From Raillietiella orientalis (lineage: Eukaryota), in assembly GCA_036172245.1 (NCBI GenBank), contig JAYWIR010000001.1, forward strand, positions 3,720,001-3,784,000: DNA of 64,000 nt. Reading direction: 5' to 3'. The position numbers and the translations under genes were made by a program. The notes under the pieces are model-generated. The model saw only the letters and a program-made list of their open reading frames with translations. It was not told the DNA's origin and did no database searches. Below are positions 1 through 14,100 of the stretch, one piece after another (position 1 is the first letter of the stretch; the number at the start of each line of letters is the position of its first letter).

Positions 1-2144
1 AATCGATTAGGCTCCGACGCATTCCAAGAACGAGTCACAGGGCATCCGCCCACCTCCTTTCCCTACTCCTGCTCTTTCATTTATCCTCAAAAGCCATCTC
101 TCTGGAAACAAAGCCATCCAACACCAGATTGTTCCTTGTCCTTTTATTTACCAAGGAACCCTTTCTATTACTTCCCGGATTTCCTCTGGATGTCCGAAGA
201 GGAATGTGCAGACCGCCAGCTAGAGTGCTGCTCGTAGTCACCCGTGCGCCAATTGGGTATGAAAGGGGTAAAAAAAAAAGAAAAGGAATCGGATCTCAGA
301 GTACACTCTCTATAGAACAGCCCACCTCATCGGAGCGCTTCGCCCCCAATGAAGTGAAGTGACTGGGGCAAACCGCCAACAGCTGATTGCTTCCGGAGGA
401 CGCTGACGACAGCGTCTGGAGCTCATTGAGAGGACACGGACACCTCGTTAGAGACGTCGGAAGCACCGTTGGCACGCATGTTTCTTCCGGTAAGAGAATC
501 CGTTGAGATCACCGCAAGGCTCACACCACCCCGGAGCTCGAGCACGACCGAGGCAGCAAACGTTGGTGACGGCAACCGCAGCATCCTCTGCGGGGTCGAC
601 CGCAACCGAGGAGCTCCGAAAGATCAAGATGACCACCCTGAAGTCCGCAGCGAACCAGGATTCACTCTCTTCCTCAGAGACGAGCATTGAAAAGATCATG
701 AAGGCTGACATCCAACCAGGAGCCCCTTCCCAGAAGAGGACATCCCGGAAGCAAGATGCAGCATCGCCACCGACGACGCTCCCCGTTCGCCAGGCACCCC
801 ACCATCAACTTTTCTCCCCATAACGTCTTCCAGACCGGAATTCAGTTCGTTCTAGTCTATCGTTCCCGGCCTATCACGGCTCCGGGGTCTTCCGACGAAC
901 TCCAGGTACCCAACCAGCTCTGGTCCCAACTTTTCTTCCTACGTGAGAGAGCAGTTCTCTCTCCAGCAAGGCGCGGGTTGGTTGATTCTCCTCGGTAGCG
1001 GAAATTTTGGGAGGTTGCTCCGGGTGACGGAGGAGAGGAATCCAGAAGCAAAAGGCGAAAGCAATCCGAGGGAACGACGGCTGTCGCGCAACTAGCCGAT
1101 TGAGTTCCTTCGAGAGAAAAGGAACGGGAGCTCTTGCTCTGGAGCTCTCTTGAAACCTGTCTGGGACCGGATGGAGGAGCACAGTTGCCGAGAAGCAGCG
1201 GGGACATGAGAGCGGAGTGTCTTAGCCATCCCAGGCTCGGCCGCCGATGAGGGTCATCTCCGAGGGAGACCTGAGCGGTCACGGGATTTTCAGCAGCATC
1301 CCTACGGATCCATTTCGTCCTTTCCATTGTAGGCGACTAATGGACCTTTCCAGAATCTGCGAGCGAGTAGGTAGGAGATACGAGAGCAGCGCCTACGGGG
1401 ACGAGGTTTGGGAGTCGGAATCCGGGTCTCACGAGCTTGAGCGAGGCTATTATGAGAAGGGAGAGAGACAGGATGAGTTATCGAAATCCAGTTAACCCCC
1501 TGGTCAGCGGAAGAAGCAGCTCTCCTTCGCTCCCTCGCTCCTACCCATCCTTATTGAACTCCTATAGGAAAGTAGGGAAAGGCGATGCTCCCCTCCCTTC
1601 CCGCAAAGCATGCAGCACGCTGGCTCTCCTGGTCTTTCCGAACGGAAGCATTTCTCTCTCCCGGTACTTCCTTCAGGGAAGTCGAGATCCCTCAACTCGT
1701 CTGTTACGTTGTCACTCGCTCTCTCGCACACATCCTGAGGCGAGGATCTGCAGCCACCTTCTTGGGATGGGAGGTGCTTCCCATTCATGACCCTCGTGCT
1801 TCCCAGCCGCGAAGGGTTTCTTGTCTTTTTTGAAGTTCCCGATGGAGTCGCGGATGACCTGCAGGAAGGACCAAGCATTGCTCCAGGTCTGGCTCGATTC
1901 CTTCTCCGGAGAAAATCTCGGTTTCCCTCCGGAACCGATCTCACTGCTGCAAGAAGGTCCGAAGCATCTCCCCTCTCCCTCCCTTTCATCCCACGCGCGA
2001 GACCTTCGGAGCTCTCTGTGTTCCTCCATTTCTATGGAAACGGTAGACGGACGACAGTGGTGAGTTCTGAAAGCTCCCTGGAGCCTTCCAAGGAGCGAGT
2101 TTGCCGCAAGAGCGGAAAGGGTGTGGACCCCTCATCCTCTCCCT

Positions 2145-2193
2145 CATCACTGCCACCACCATCACCATCATCATCGTCGTCGTCATCATCATC
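2145..2193. repeat. Imperfect CAC/CAT/CGT trinucleotide repeat
   Basis: catcactgccaccaccatcaccatcatcatcgtcgtcgtcatcatcatc. Confidence 0.85.
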
Positions 2194-4955
2194 TCCCGGA
2201 ATTTTTATTAAAGACAGCATGGCTCAAAGCGTATGGAAAACGTTCTCCGTGGACAGGGGTCAAACGGTCTCGTCGGAAGGTCAAGGCGATTGGTCGCCGT
2301 CGTGTCTGACCGCGAATCGGGCGAAACTTGGAGAAGTTACCGAGAAGTCATTCTGGCAGTACAGCATCCTGATCTTTGCGTCACCAATGCACTCAGATGG
2401 AACAAAAATGCGATGGGAAGGGGCAAAGAAGAACAGAGAAAGCCCTTCAGCACGACGAGGGGGACAACGGACATGATGATGCTTAGAAGATTCGCTCCAG
2501 ATCAAGAGTGTGTTCGCGAACTTGAAGGGAAAAGAAGAAAGTCTGCAGCTGTCAAAGTGCTCCCTGGCCCTCTGCAAGCGGTAACAGAATTATGAAGGAT
2601 CATAGGGTCAGAGACCATGACGGTGGCTCTGCTTATCAGACTGCTGAGTGACGAAAAGTTAGAATCTAGGGGAAACCAGAGTATCGAAACGCAGGGGCCA
2701 CGCGAGAAGAGACCTCGGAACGATGCTGAAAATGCCGTATGAAAACCAAGCAACCAAACCGAAAACGGAAGTGCTCAAAATCTTCGGTTCTCTTTTCATC
2801 GTCGACACTCGGTAATCCTAGGTCGAACAACGGTAGGACGTTCCTCCCGTGAAGACGTTAAGCAATTTTCTTCGGCCAAGTGACGGCAGGTGTCTCACCG
2901 GATTCCGGTAGGAAGAAACGCAGCATCATGCTCTTAGTTTCGAAAGTGCCTCTTGTTCCGCACAGCGTAATTTCTGCGTTCATTGTTTCCGGAAGAAGTC
3001 GTAGCATTTACCAAGGAAACCCGATGAGCAGATCAATCACATTTTTTTTTGGGGGGGGGGGGTCCTCTCCCCCCTCTCAAAAGAGGAAGAATTTCTCAAG
3101 AGAACCAAAGTTTGTTGTTCCTTTGTCCATGGTAAACGACTCGTCCGTACTGCCGCCTGCATTGACCAGTCGCTATTGGCTACATCGAACACGCTCGGCT
3201 ATCCGACTTTGTAGGCAACATTTAACGACCTTCGTGTGCCATGAGGCACCAGTTGAGGCTGCTCCCGTCTCAGTGAGGAAGAAGCCGTCCAAAGGCACCT
3301 TACTTTCCAGACGGAGAATTTTTCCGCCTCCCTGAAATTCTGATTGAGCTTGGTCCCATCATGGAACGCCGAAGAAATCGTGCCGAGGCATTTCTCGGCT
3401 GTCCCCTGATCCAGTTACGAAAAGCACTGCTGTCCTGCATATCAGTTTGCCCAGAAGCTGCACAGGAGTGCTCAAAGAACACCTTGATGTTGAATCGATA
3501 GATCATTGGCAGATCCTCGTGCACGCTAAAGTTTCATGAGGAACTGTACGGAGCGCTCCCAGCAACTGCAAACAGATCATGCACCATCGTTCTTCACTTC
3601 TCCTTCCAACTCACGAAAACAATAGCACAATTCACTGTCTTGTCTTGGATCTTTCTCTCCCATTGGCAGCGATGACAACCAGAGAGGGAATGTTCGAAAG
3701 AAATCGCTTAGGAAATCCGTTATTTTGCAGAGGCTCCACAAGATGAGCATTTGCATTTGAAGAGGTTCTTATCCTTCTTCGTGTCATTAAGCTCATACGG
3801 ACCTTCTCTACAAGAAGGCGCGGCTCCATCAAATCCAGTTCGGGTGCTGTATTGGAAGGGAGGGGTAAATTTCGGGAAATGCACTTCAGATCCATCAACA
3901 TGTCAGCACAAGTAGCTCATGGGCCCGGTTCTCCCACTATGGAACGGGAGAAACGGAGAGGTTTGAATCTCATCTGGTCTCAGGAAGCAATCACGCAAAG
4001 AAACGGAAAGCAATTAACGTTATCTTCCGGATCGGTTTCTCGCATTCTCTTCGATCAGCAAGGCTCGCGTCCCGGTCTGAGACGGTATCCAGGAGAATTG
4101 CACGGAGTCGGCATCTCTGCGATGGTGCGAAAATCTTCGAGATAAGGGAAGGTCTCCCCTCTTCTCTCCTCTTCCTTGCCTGCCTCCCCTTCCCCTAGTA
4201 GGTAGAGAAAAAGGAGGAGGAGGAGGGATGCAATCACTTTCAAAGTTTGTGGAGCGGGTTTCAAGTTTGACAGAGCTCCTCTTAATTGATGCAGCAATCA
4301 TTTCGGAGCTCCAAGCTTGAAGCTGGGAGACTGCTTGAAGCGTCATCGCAGTTGGACCTTCCGCAGGCTGCTTTCAGCTATCTGAGTCACAGATAAGGGA
4401 GAAGGAGTGTGCTCATAATCGTAGGTCACCGCCTCCGATGCCCCTAAATTATGGTCACCTCATCAGGAAAATACGTGAACCACCTGGTTGGAGCCTACTG
4501 CTATGGTGAGAAGACCTCAGAATGGAGGTACCGGGAGAGGCGGCAGATCGCTTCGCTCCTCCCCGACTTGTGGAAGTTGGCGACTGGCAGCTCTACCTCA
4601 CTCTGCTGAGGTGAAGAACTGTGCGCAGTTCGTTCGGGTTCGTTCGGTCGTCAGCGAAGGGCGCCACCCGGGTCCCGTACTCGACCGGAAGGAAACTGAT
4701 CGTTGCCGAAGAGGGCACTTTCGGCGAAGCTTGTGGAGAGGGAAGCCAAGCCACATGTTGGCTGCCCACGTGCCGATTTGTGCCGGAGAGAAGGGGAGAG
4801 CACACTCCCCGTCTTTTGCGCACGCAACTCGCGACATGGTAGCCCCCAGACACGGACGGTTTCACTCGTCACGTAGGCACAGAATGGGATGTGCAGGAGA
4901 AGTAGGTCATTAGGGTCAAGGTCGAACACCAGAATGCGAACAGAGAAAATCTTAC

Positions 4956-5109
4956 AGTACACAGACAGCGAAACGTAGTTCCTGGCCGGGGTCGAGGACA
5001 CCTTGTTGTAGGCCTCGCAGACATATTTGGACCCATTGTCCGAGGCCTTGATTTTCAACTTCATGGTCGCCGTGCTCTTCTCGTTCTCAACAGTGAAATC
5101 GGACGAAAT
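4956..5109 (-). CDS. Exon 9, C-terminal half of Ig5
   Basis: ccttccag| acceptor in phase 0, matching exon 8, and |GTAAGA donor; ISSDFTVENEKSTATMKLKIKASDNGSKYVCEAYNKVSSTPARNYVSLSVY. Confidence 0.92.
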
Positions 5110-8100
5110 CTGGAAGGCACGGATATGGACGTGCGCGCTCACGCGACTGGACGGCGGGAGCACGCGCAGCGCTTTCCCTGGCAACGGGAGGATCCCTCAG
5201 CGCAGGGGGGAAGGCAGGAGGAAAGCACCCAACCCCGTCCTCTGGGAAAGTAGAAAAGAATCACGTCCTCTCGATGGGGTAAGTGGCTACCTGGGCGCGC
5301 CCCACCACCGCCCGCGTGAGGATGCGCTTCCGGTGCTCGCTTCCCGCATTCGCGATGGAGGCAGCGATGGAGCCCTCCTGAGCCACCTGCCATGGAGTTC
5401 TCTTCGGACATGATGGAATGAGGAGGAGCGGGATCACCAATGGACTCCTTCGCACGTGACTGCTGAACTCTCGCGCTTCGACTCCATCAGGGAGGTCCGG
5501 TCGAACAGGGTCACCCGCCATCAGCCCATCCTCTCGAGCATCCACTTAAATCCAAGGTGGACGGCAGCCAGTGGTGATTAATGGTTCAGCAGGTCTCACT
5601 CTCCGTTCCGAGAAAGCCAGAGATGGGGAGAGATGTGGCAGGTGGAGGTGGGAGTCGCAGCTGCAGTGGCTGAGCTCGTTCCTCACGGGAGCAAGACGAC
5701 GTCGCTCCAGCTCAGCTTCCCTCTCGCGCTGCATGAAGACGCTCTCTTCTCGACCGGAGGTGGGAGATGCGAGCGAGGTCATCCGACTTGCAGATTCGCC
5801 GAATTCCGAGAAACGGAAGAAGGCGTGGGGAAGACGCGGGTTCCCTGATCTGGCCGATCCTGGCGGTGTCTTCGGGAAGTTCGCCTTCTCGTGAGTTTAT
5901 CACTTCACAGCCTCAGCTCACCCTTCTTCGTCGCTACCTCGACAGGTATAGGGCCGCCACAATGCTCGAGCTGGACGACGCCGTCTCTCCCAGCGCGCCA
6001 CCTCACCTCGCCCCATCTTTCCGCCTGGAAATGGGTGCCCATTCTGCCGGACAGGGAAATCCTCCCAGGAAGGCACCTTCCCGGAGATATCTGGAGTTCC
6101 CTGAAGTCCGAAAGTTGAACACTATTCTTCTTCCACGTGGTCTATCCATGGTGACCCTCCCACGAGGTCGGAAGCTTCTGCTACCCTGTGGGATCCTTGC
6201 CTCTAGGCGCATGTTTGAACGAACTTTCTGGTCTGATCCCGACTTTGGGGCCTTCACAGTGCCTTCGAGCAGAGATGGCGGAGGGAGGATGCAACTCAAA
6301 GAGCGCTTTTCCCTGGCTCCTGGGTGCAACGCGCTGGTCTCCATCCACTCGAGAAAGAGAGAATTTCGTCTCTGGCGTGGAAGGAACTGATCCGTTCTCC
6401 CGAAAGCACCGTTCGGCGTCAGGAACTTGCACCGGTGCCGCCGGTGGCCACGAAGTTGGTCTAGCGCCAGCACTTTCCCTCCCTCGTCAGTTGAACTGGG
6501 AAGTTACCAAAGCACCGGAGGTCGCCTCGTTCGTCCTCATTGGGCGCAATTCCACCTCGTTCTCTTCTTTTCTCTAAGGCGGACCTCACCAAGGTCACAA
6601 GGAGGGCGGTGAGGTAACGGAGGAAGATAGAGGAGGACAGCAGTGACCTCTCTTGTGGGACTGCCGCCGTGGTCCGGCGCCCCAAGGACCACGAATCAGA
6701 TGGTCGGATGGAAGGTTCTGCTGCCGCCGTTCAATACAGACAGCAGCCTACTGATCGCTAGCACGCGGCAAGAGCAGCTTCCTGTATCCGTATGTGGCCC
6801 ACTATGTGCGATCTCCAAAGAATCTGAGGATTTCTATCCTCCGCACTCCTGCGTCCTTTTTCCTCTTCCCCATCGGCCTCATGGACGCTGACTCCTCGTT
6901 TCTCCCGTCCCTCCTTCAACCCCCTTAAAGCCAGCGAGTCGTGAAAGGACATCTGAATTCCTCATCCCGGAGTCTTCCCGGTTTCACTTCTCTCAGGGTC
7001 CCTCCCCTCGCAGAAACCCATCTAGTGGCGACCAGAGATGAATGAAATTTTGGCTCGTCAGCTCTTGATCTAAAGAGAAAGGTCCCAGAACCGCCACTTG
7101 CTGAATGTTCCCTTCCTTTTTTCCCCTACGCTCTCTCTTTAGATGCTTAGGGAGCAGACGTCGAGGACAAGGGGCGCATGCAGGAAGCCAGGATCTGAGA
7201 TCTGTTCCCCGAAGGGGGAGCTCTCTCTCCCGCTCAAAACCTGGAAGGAGAGCTCCGGAGCTCCTGAGAAGGGTGTGAAGGGAGAGTAGATCGGACGGGA
7301 AGCGGCAGGCACGTAAAATAATAAGGGGTGGTGAGTCTCTCCTTGGCAGACTCGAAAGCGTTGTCCCCACCAGCCGACAGGGGGCGAAGAAGGGGAGAAA
7401 CCCGAGGTTCGAATCTCTCTGGCTGGAGGCTACGACGGCGTCTTTAGGAACGCTCCCGACCTCCCCTTCTATCCTTCCCCTGGGAGTATCCGGTGATCAA
7501 GCGCGCTTCTTAAAAGCGCCAGAGACACATGAAGAAAAAGCGCATGATCGAAATGACAGCTACTCTTCCCCCGTTCCCTCCTTCAGGTCCTGGACCACCC
7601 GACGAGAAGAAGGTGAACCAGGAAGGGCAGGACAGAAGGGAGGCAGCAGCAACGATCCCCGAAGAGAGGTCAAAGGAGTGGCGGGATCGATCAACGCGGG
7701 GGCAGGGAAAGGTTTCCTTCTCCTCTTCCCTTTCTGGGGTCCACCGAAAAGGAGAAATCGAGGACTCACCGCCTTGGACCCGTTGGTCCCTTCGCCCTCC
7801 TTGAACCAGGACAGGGTTGCCGGGGGATTGCCGTCCGCGGAGATGCAGACGAAGTGCTCGTCCTCTCCCTCCACGACGGTGCGCCTCCTGGATCCCACGA
7901 CCACGGGTCTCCCGGGAGGACCTGCAGTGTCATGGCTAGATCTTGGCGGATGGGTCGGAAAAGGCAGGGGAAGGAGGGGAGGCGGGAAGGCCAGGCAGAG
8001 TCGTCGGACGTGGCGGGAGAAGAAAGAATAGAAGCAATGGGAACGGATGGAAGATAAAAACGGGAACGACCCGAAGGGTGGTCTCCCCTGTGGGGGAGTC

Positions 8101-11100
8101 CTGGCGTGGGCCTTCCTCCGGGAGGACTCCCTTCTGGAGATCCCGGGAGCGGCGCGCCTTCCTCTCGTATAGGAGGTGCCCTCCCCAGGGCGTGCGGGCC
8201 GCGAGCACGGAAGTCGGTCGGAGGGGGACGGGAAGGGAGGGGAAGTGGGTCTGGCTGGGTGTCGGGACGCACGCGCGACTGCTTGCTCGCACACGTACGA
8301 AGGACGTCCACATGGTGGGTGCGCTCGGTGGTCTCATTGACGCCTTCGACGGAGACCCTGCAGGTGTACTGCAGGCGCCTGGAGCGGGGCCACCTCCGCG
8401 GGTTCAGGACAAGAGTCGACAGCGTGACGTAACCTCCCGAGTGCGCCACCTCGCGGGCGCTCGTGGTCGTCGCTGATACGAGCTGCTCCGTGTCCTCCGG
8501 AATCCACGTGACCTTCGCTGCGGGGTTGCTGGCGCTCGTCCTGCACACCAGCGACAGGACCTCGCCGCGCCGCCATTCGGTCGCCCCGGTGACAATGACC
8601 TCCTCCGGAGGATCTGGAAAGGTGTCAGGTGAGACTCCCTGAAAGGGAAAGGCCCACAGGGGGGGGGATGTGGTAGGAAATAACTCGCACGCGGAAAGGA
8701 TGGGGGGAGAGGGAGAACCCAAAGTGATTCCGCCTTCGATCTTTTCCCGATCTCCCTCGGAGACGTCCTTCGCAGCTTCTTCTCTAGTCTCTGTGTCCCT
8801 TCCCATTCGGCCCTTGAGGCTGTCCGCCCACTCGACCGCCGGTCGCCTCCGGCGGAAGCAGAGAGCCTCCTCGGACAAAATCAATCCCAGGAACACTGCA
8901 GTCCCAGCCGCTGTTTGGAGCCAGAGAGACGCTCCTTTTCGCCGCGTGCCTAAGATTTCTCCCGCAGCGGCAGGACCACGTAAGCGCTTAGGACATCCGA
9001 GAATGCGGGAAAGGAGGAGCAGGAGCATAGGAGGAGAAAGTAGCTGGTATGGAAGAGAAGAGGGATGAAAGGAAGCCGGCAGAGGCAACAGGAGTGGAAG
9101 GAAGGACGGCGGTCTAGCCAGGACACCAGCCGGTAGGCCCTACAGGGTTCGTGCGCGCGCAAGATGCGGCTTCAGACGCTGCTGATCTTGCTCGAAGAGC
9201 AGCCGCTGGAGGTCGACCGACTTCCCAGAGCACCTCCCTCGGTCAGTTGAGGAGCGGCGTGTGGCTCACGCTCCCTCTTTACCTCGGATGGATGGTCGCT
9301 CAAGGAATCTCGGACTGAGGAACCGGTGGCGGCAGGAGAGAGCAAGGGACGAGTGGAGGAGAGATTGACCACAGCGACACCCCCGGGAGGCACAGGAGTA
9401 GTTGTAGATGAGATGGAAAAGGGGATGTCAGGGGGCTCAGTCCGGGAGACCGTATGGAGCCCCCTTCCTGGACAGGACCAGGTGCCCTGGCATTCCGGAA
9501 GCAGCCCTGGACGTTGGAAGAGCCCTCACTTTGGTAGGTGCCGCAGCTGCGAAGAGCGCTACTCCCGAGATGCAAAGTCACTCTCCTCCCTCCTTCTCTT
9601 CCTCCATAGAGTGAGTTCCCATGAATTCAGCAAGGTCGGTTAGGGACCCGAAGGGGCGGCTATGAGGAATACTCCCAGAGGAATGCAGAAACGCGGAGAG
9701 AGTCGGAGGAAGGTGACCTCGTGACCTCTTCCTCCATTTGGTAGCTCTCTCGGAGACGTCGCAGGTGGTCATCTCTTTCTCTTCAAGGGCCTCGATAAGA
9801 AGAGACTGAGGGTTTCCGGAAGGAAGCAGATCGGAGAGGACCCTCCGCCCTGCCCTGGACCACCCATTCGCGTCAGGAAGAAGACAAGCGCATCCTGGAC
9901 GCGAAGATCCCCCGGGATTCACCTTTGCCTCCTTCCGTAAAGGTGATTCCTTAGTTTCCGGGAAACCTTTTGAAGGTTGGATCCCCAGGCAGCATCGAAA
10001 CGACTGTCAGGAAGACGGGGTTTTTTCGATCACACAATCCTGGTTCCTTCTGACAAGCTCTGGAATACCCACGAACGCTTTCTTGTCAGCGACACCTGGG
10101 GATAGCGACGAGCCCCAGGGCGGTGATGTCCCCGTCGATCGTTTTTCCCGATCGCTACGAACACTCACTCACTCCGAATCACCATTGTTTTGCAGCTTCC
10201 TGACCGCAGTCGCGCCGCGTCTTGGAACCCCGGGATCGAAGGAGCCCATCTCCATGGGTACTTCGCTGACAAATTCCTGCGTATCTGCGTGCGCGCGGGA
10301 AGCCTCGCGTCGCCACCGCCTTCCCGCCGCAAGGCGGCGCTTCCGGTCGCGACAGACCACGGTCTCCAGGAGGAGTTGGAGACTGCAAGAGCGAGTGGTC
10401 AGCTCGGATTCCTGATCACCTCGGGCACCTCGCACGGGATCAGCGGGGACTCGACGCGATGGACCACCTCGACTCGCCCATCGTCAGGAGGCGGTTTAGT
10501 GCCTCGTACGCTGCACGCCGCGGCTTGGAGGACCTCCGAACTACGACGGCGGAGGGAGGCCGCGTCCGAAGCGCAGGCGCCGTCCGTCCGTCCAGCTCTG
10601 CAGCGGAAAGAGGAAGCGGTGAAGGAAAGCGCGGGAAAAGGAGGGAGAAGGGAGGGGAGAAGAAAATTCCTCTTTCCCACCTCTTCCCTACCCTTTTCCC
10701 TTTCAGAAAGGCTGCTATCGAAAGGAGCGGCTCCAAATGAGGCAGGAGGAGAATGGGCTTGGGTGAAAATGGGGGAAGATGAGAAACACCTCAGGCACTC
10801 TTGACTCTTCACCACCGAGTTTCTCGTGTGATGGGCGGACTTCCGGTTCACTGGAGGAGGAAAGGAAAGAGGCATGCCCTGACCCGGCGCCATCGACCCA
10901 CATAGCAGGAGATTCTGCGATCGCCGCGCACTTACACCTGACACTCAGCCTGACGCTCGCCTCCAGGACTTCCGTAGTCGCTTCGTTGTGTGACCTGCAG
11001 GTGAACAGGTCGTTGTGACCCGTCCGGTCCGCGAGAAAGGTCAGCCTGCTCTGCGAAGTAGCCGGAGGACGTCTGGAGACGGTGGCGTTTCTCCGGAGAA

Positions 11101-14100
11101 TTTTCTTGTCCCTGTACCAAGTGAGCGTCGGGAGAGGGTTGCCCCCTTCGACCTCGCAAAGCAGGGTCACCAGTTCTCTGTAGCTGACCACCGATCCTCC
11201 CGAGGCATACTGGATGACCGGCAGGGAGGAAGGAGCTGAAAAGAGAAGGCAAACATCAGCAAGACGACAGTAGGCGCATTTGCCGGTTCCCCTCTCCCTA
11301 TCACGAACGGATGGACCGGAGGAAGAGCGTCTCCCAGGCAACGGCAGACCGAGAGCGATCGGGGGACGTCCCGAGTGGCGAGAGGAGGTGCTCATCTTTG
11401 GCGCTCAAGGGCTCCTAAGGGGACGGGCGCAAGGGAGCTCTAAGAGAGAGGGAGACACCATGAGTCCGGAGCGCGCAAGTGGTCTTTCGGGGCAACAGAA
11501 GGGTCCCTGCCTGCCCGGCGTCCGATCCTGACTCTCACATCTCCGAGAGGCAGGATCGGACAGCTCAAGGGCAGCAGCCTGCTGCACCTGAGCGGCCTCG
11601 GAAGCTCTTGCACGACCTCGGAAGCTCTTGCGCGACCTCGGAAAACTCTTGCCGTGCTGGGAGCACCCAGAAATCGGGCTCAGGCCAGTAGAGCTCTAGA
11701 AAGAAAGAGGAAGGAACTGCCCTCTCCTATCTCCTAAGGAAGGGGACGGATAAGTGGACCCGTCGGGACCTCGTTGTGCTTGCCTCCTTGAGTACCATCT
11801 CGACGATGGAGACGCGCAAACCCGGTTCGGACGGAGTGGACCTTGAGGCTTGACCCACCGTCCTTTCCCACAGCAGAAGGGGCTGGGGGAAGAAATGGCC
11901 TCGGACGCCCCCCCCCCCCCTTCAAAAAAAAAAAAAAAATGTGGCAAGAAAGGGAAATGACGAGCAGACATCTTCGAAGAGAATGGAGGGCAGAGACAGC
12001 CACGAGCGGAAAGTCCAAGAGACTCTTGGAAACGCGATACGAAGGAACGGGTCAGATAGACTGATTGAAGACGTCGTCTAGGCGACAGCGAACTTTCCTG
12101 CAGAGGAGGCGGAGGCGGAGCCAACTCCTCCTGTCCTACTGACGAGGTCCCGAAGCGACCAGGAAGGTCGGGACGCGACAGTGCACCCAGGGGCCAACCC
12201 CTCAACTAAAGGCCATCAGCGAAAGGCCCAAAGCGAGGGTGTGGGGGCGACGGGGGCTAGCGTGCCTGTCTGGGAAACGCAGGTGATCAGTTCTTCCGCA
12301 ACGGTTCGGTCGTTCAGGAGGACAGCCGGTGGCTGTTTCTGCATAAAATCCGGTAGGCTGGCGTCCCGGAGGCCGGTTGGTCACCTGGCAGCCATTCTGC
12401 CTCCGCACGCCCGGAAGGCGTGAAAATTTTTCAATTAATTATTGTACTTTATAAAGGCAGAATTGCACATTATAATCAAAACTGCACATCGCAATTGAAA
12501 TTATCATTGTATACCAAAATTATCGTATATTTATTAATATGCCAGTATTTGTGGCAATCACCGATTGAAGACACATTTTCGATCTCTTCTAAACACATGA
12601 AAACCTTATAGAATATGCTACTGATATAGATACATCCCATTAAATAAGGATCGATAAATACACATATATTTATATCATGCAGTACGTATTGATAATTGTT
12701 CTAATACTTCATGAACAAAGCACAACTTTATGTACAAAGAGGCAACGCTAGTGCTTGATGATAAAATTGATTTTTTCTGGAACCTTGATGGATGCTGGCA
12801 TTCGGGAGGATTAGAAGAGACGGGAATGAGATGGAGGAAGGGGCAAGATGAGGAATTTTTTCCCGTTTTGGGGTAATTTTGGAGGAGGCGATTAACGAGG
12901 GGCTCCTGCCCTTATTTGCACACTGCGGGAAGCACATCGGCGAGCATGAAAACAGAGCCTCGGCAGCGTGCATGCGCGAACGCGGCTGACTGACGCGCGA
13001 GCGCTGCTTCCACGTCAGGAGGCGATGGGTCTGGGAGGGAGGAAGTGAATTCGGTACGCAGAAAGGGTGACACGGATACTAGCGAGGAGAAGGGAAGTGC
13101 CACTGAGGTAGAGAAACTTTGCCTCTCCTCTCGCAGATGGCGCTCACCACCTCAGAGGGTTTGAGGAGCCAAGGCGCTCAGGTAGAAGGTCGTCCCGAAA
13201 GCAAGGCCGCCTCAGGGGTGCCAGACGACGAGGCGACCTACTGCTTTGGCTTGTGGAGGCTCATCGCTCCTGTCTGCCTTCCGTGGTGGAGGATTCTGCA
13301 AGCAGCAGTCATGCCAGTTTGAAGAGAAACCATTCTCGCTCTAGATTCCCTTCAAAGGAAGGAACGAAAGGGATCAGCGATGGAGACTGGATGAAGGGCA
13401 ACAGGGTTGAAGATAGGATGGGGAAAAAAAACAAGCGGATTCTCAGCAAGCTAGCTGCAGGTGGCAGTGGCGGATGTGACGGCAACCGCAACCCAGCGAA
13501 CCTCCCTCTGAGAGAGAAGAGGAACAAAACTCTCAAGCTGGTGGACCAGCCATCTGTGGAACCAAAAACTGGCTACACCCTGTTCTGATCCCTGCAGCGC
13601 CGACTCGGGTCCTACCGGGAAACGGACGCGGATGCTAGGCAAGGGAGGGAGTCCACATGCACACACACCTTCCTTTCTTCTCTTGCCAGTCGCTTCATCA
13701 AGCCTCCGAGAAGACCCGGTCAAAATAGCTAGAGGAGCAGGAGTTTCCCCGTCCCGAATCCCAGGAAAGACCAGGGTTCCGAGCACGAGAGCAAAAGTAG
13801 CTCCACACACCCCGGAGCTCCAAGTTCCAGGACGCACCGGTTCGGTTTCCAGGAAGCGAGCGGAAACTCCCGTCCTCTTCACAGATGCTGAGCAGGAAAA
13901 GAAAAAGAAAATTCGACCTCATCCTCTTCTTGAGACCTGATCCGGAGAACCTGCAGCATCATCCCTAGAACCTCACACTGGAAAAAGACACGAGAGTCCC
14001 GAGCGCAGCAGCCCAGAAGATGGCTCTCTCGTTCTCAGATCAGCGTGACAAGGGACATGGGAGGAGAGCCGAATCCTCCGAAGAAGCGGAAACGAAGCAG

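Noticed and set aside
2121..2309. Poly-His/poly-Asp/poly-Ser ORFs
   Set aside because: They are translations of a trinucleotide microsatellite.
1..4950. Further nephrin-like exons (Ig6 onward)
   Set aside because: The phase-1 acceptors I tested (e.g. near 1747 and 4382) lead to early stops and no Ig motif was found; the exons probably lie beyond the window.
7766..9088. 440-aa ORF as a single gene
   Set aside because: Only 8299-8613 (Ig4 exon) is coding in this frame; the rest is intron read-through.
11596..11652. Spaced 20-bp repeats resembling CRISPR
   Set aside because: Head-to-tail minisatellite without spacers, in a eukaryotic intron, with no cas genes.
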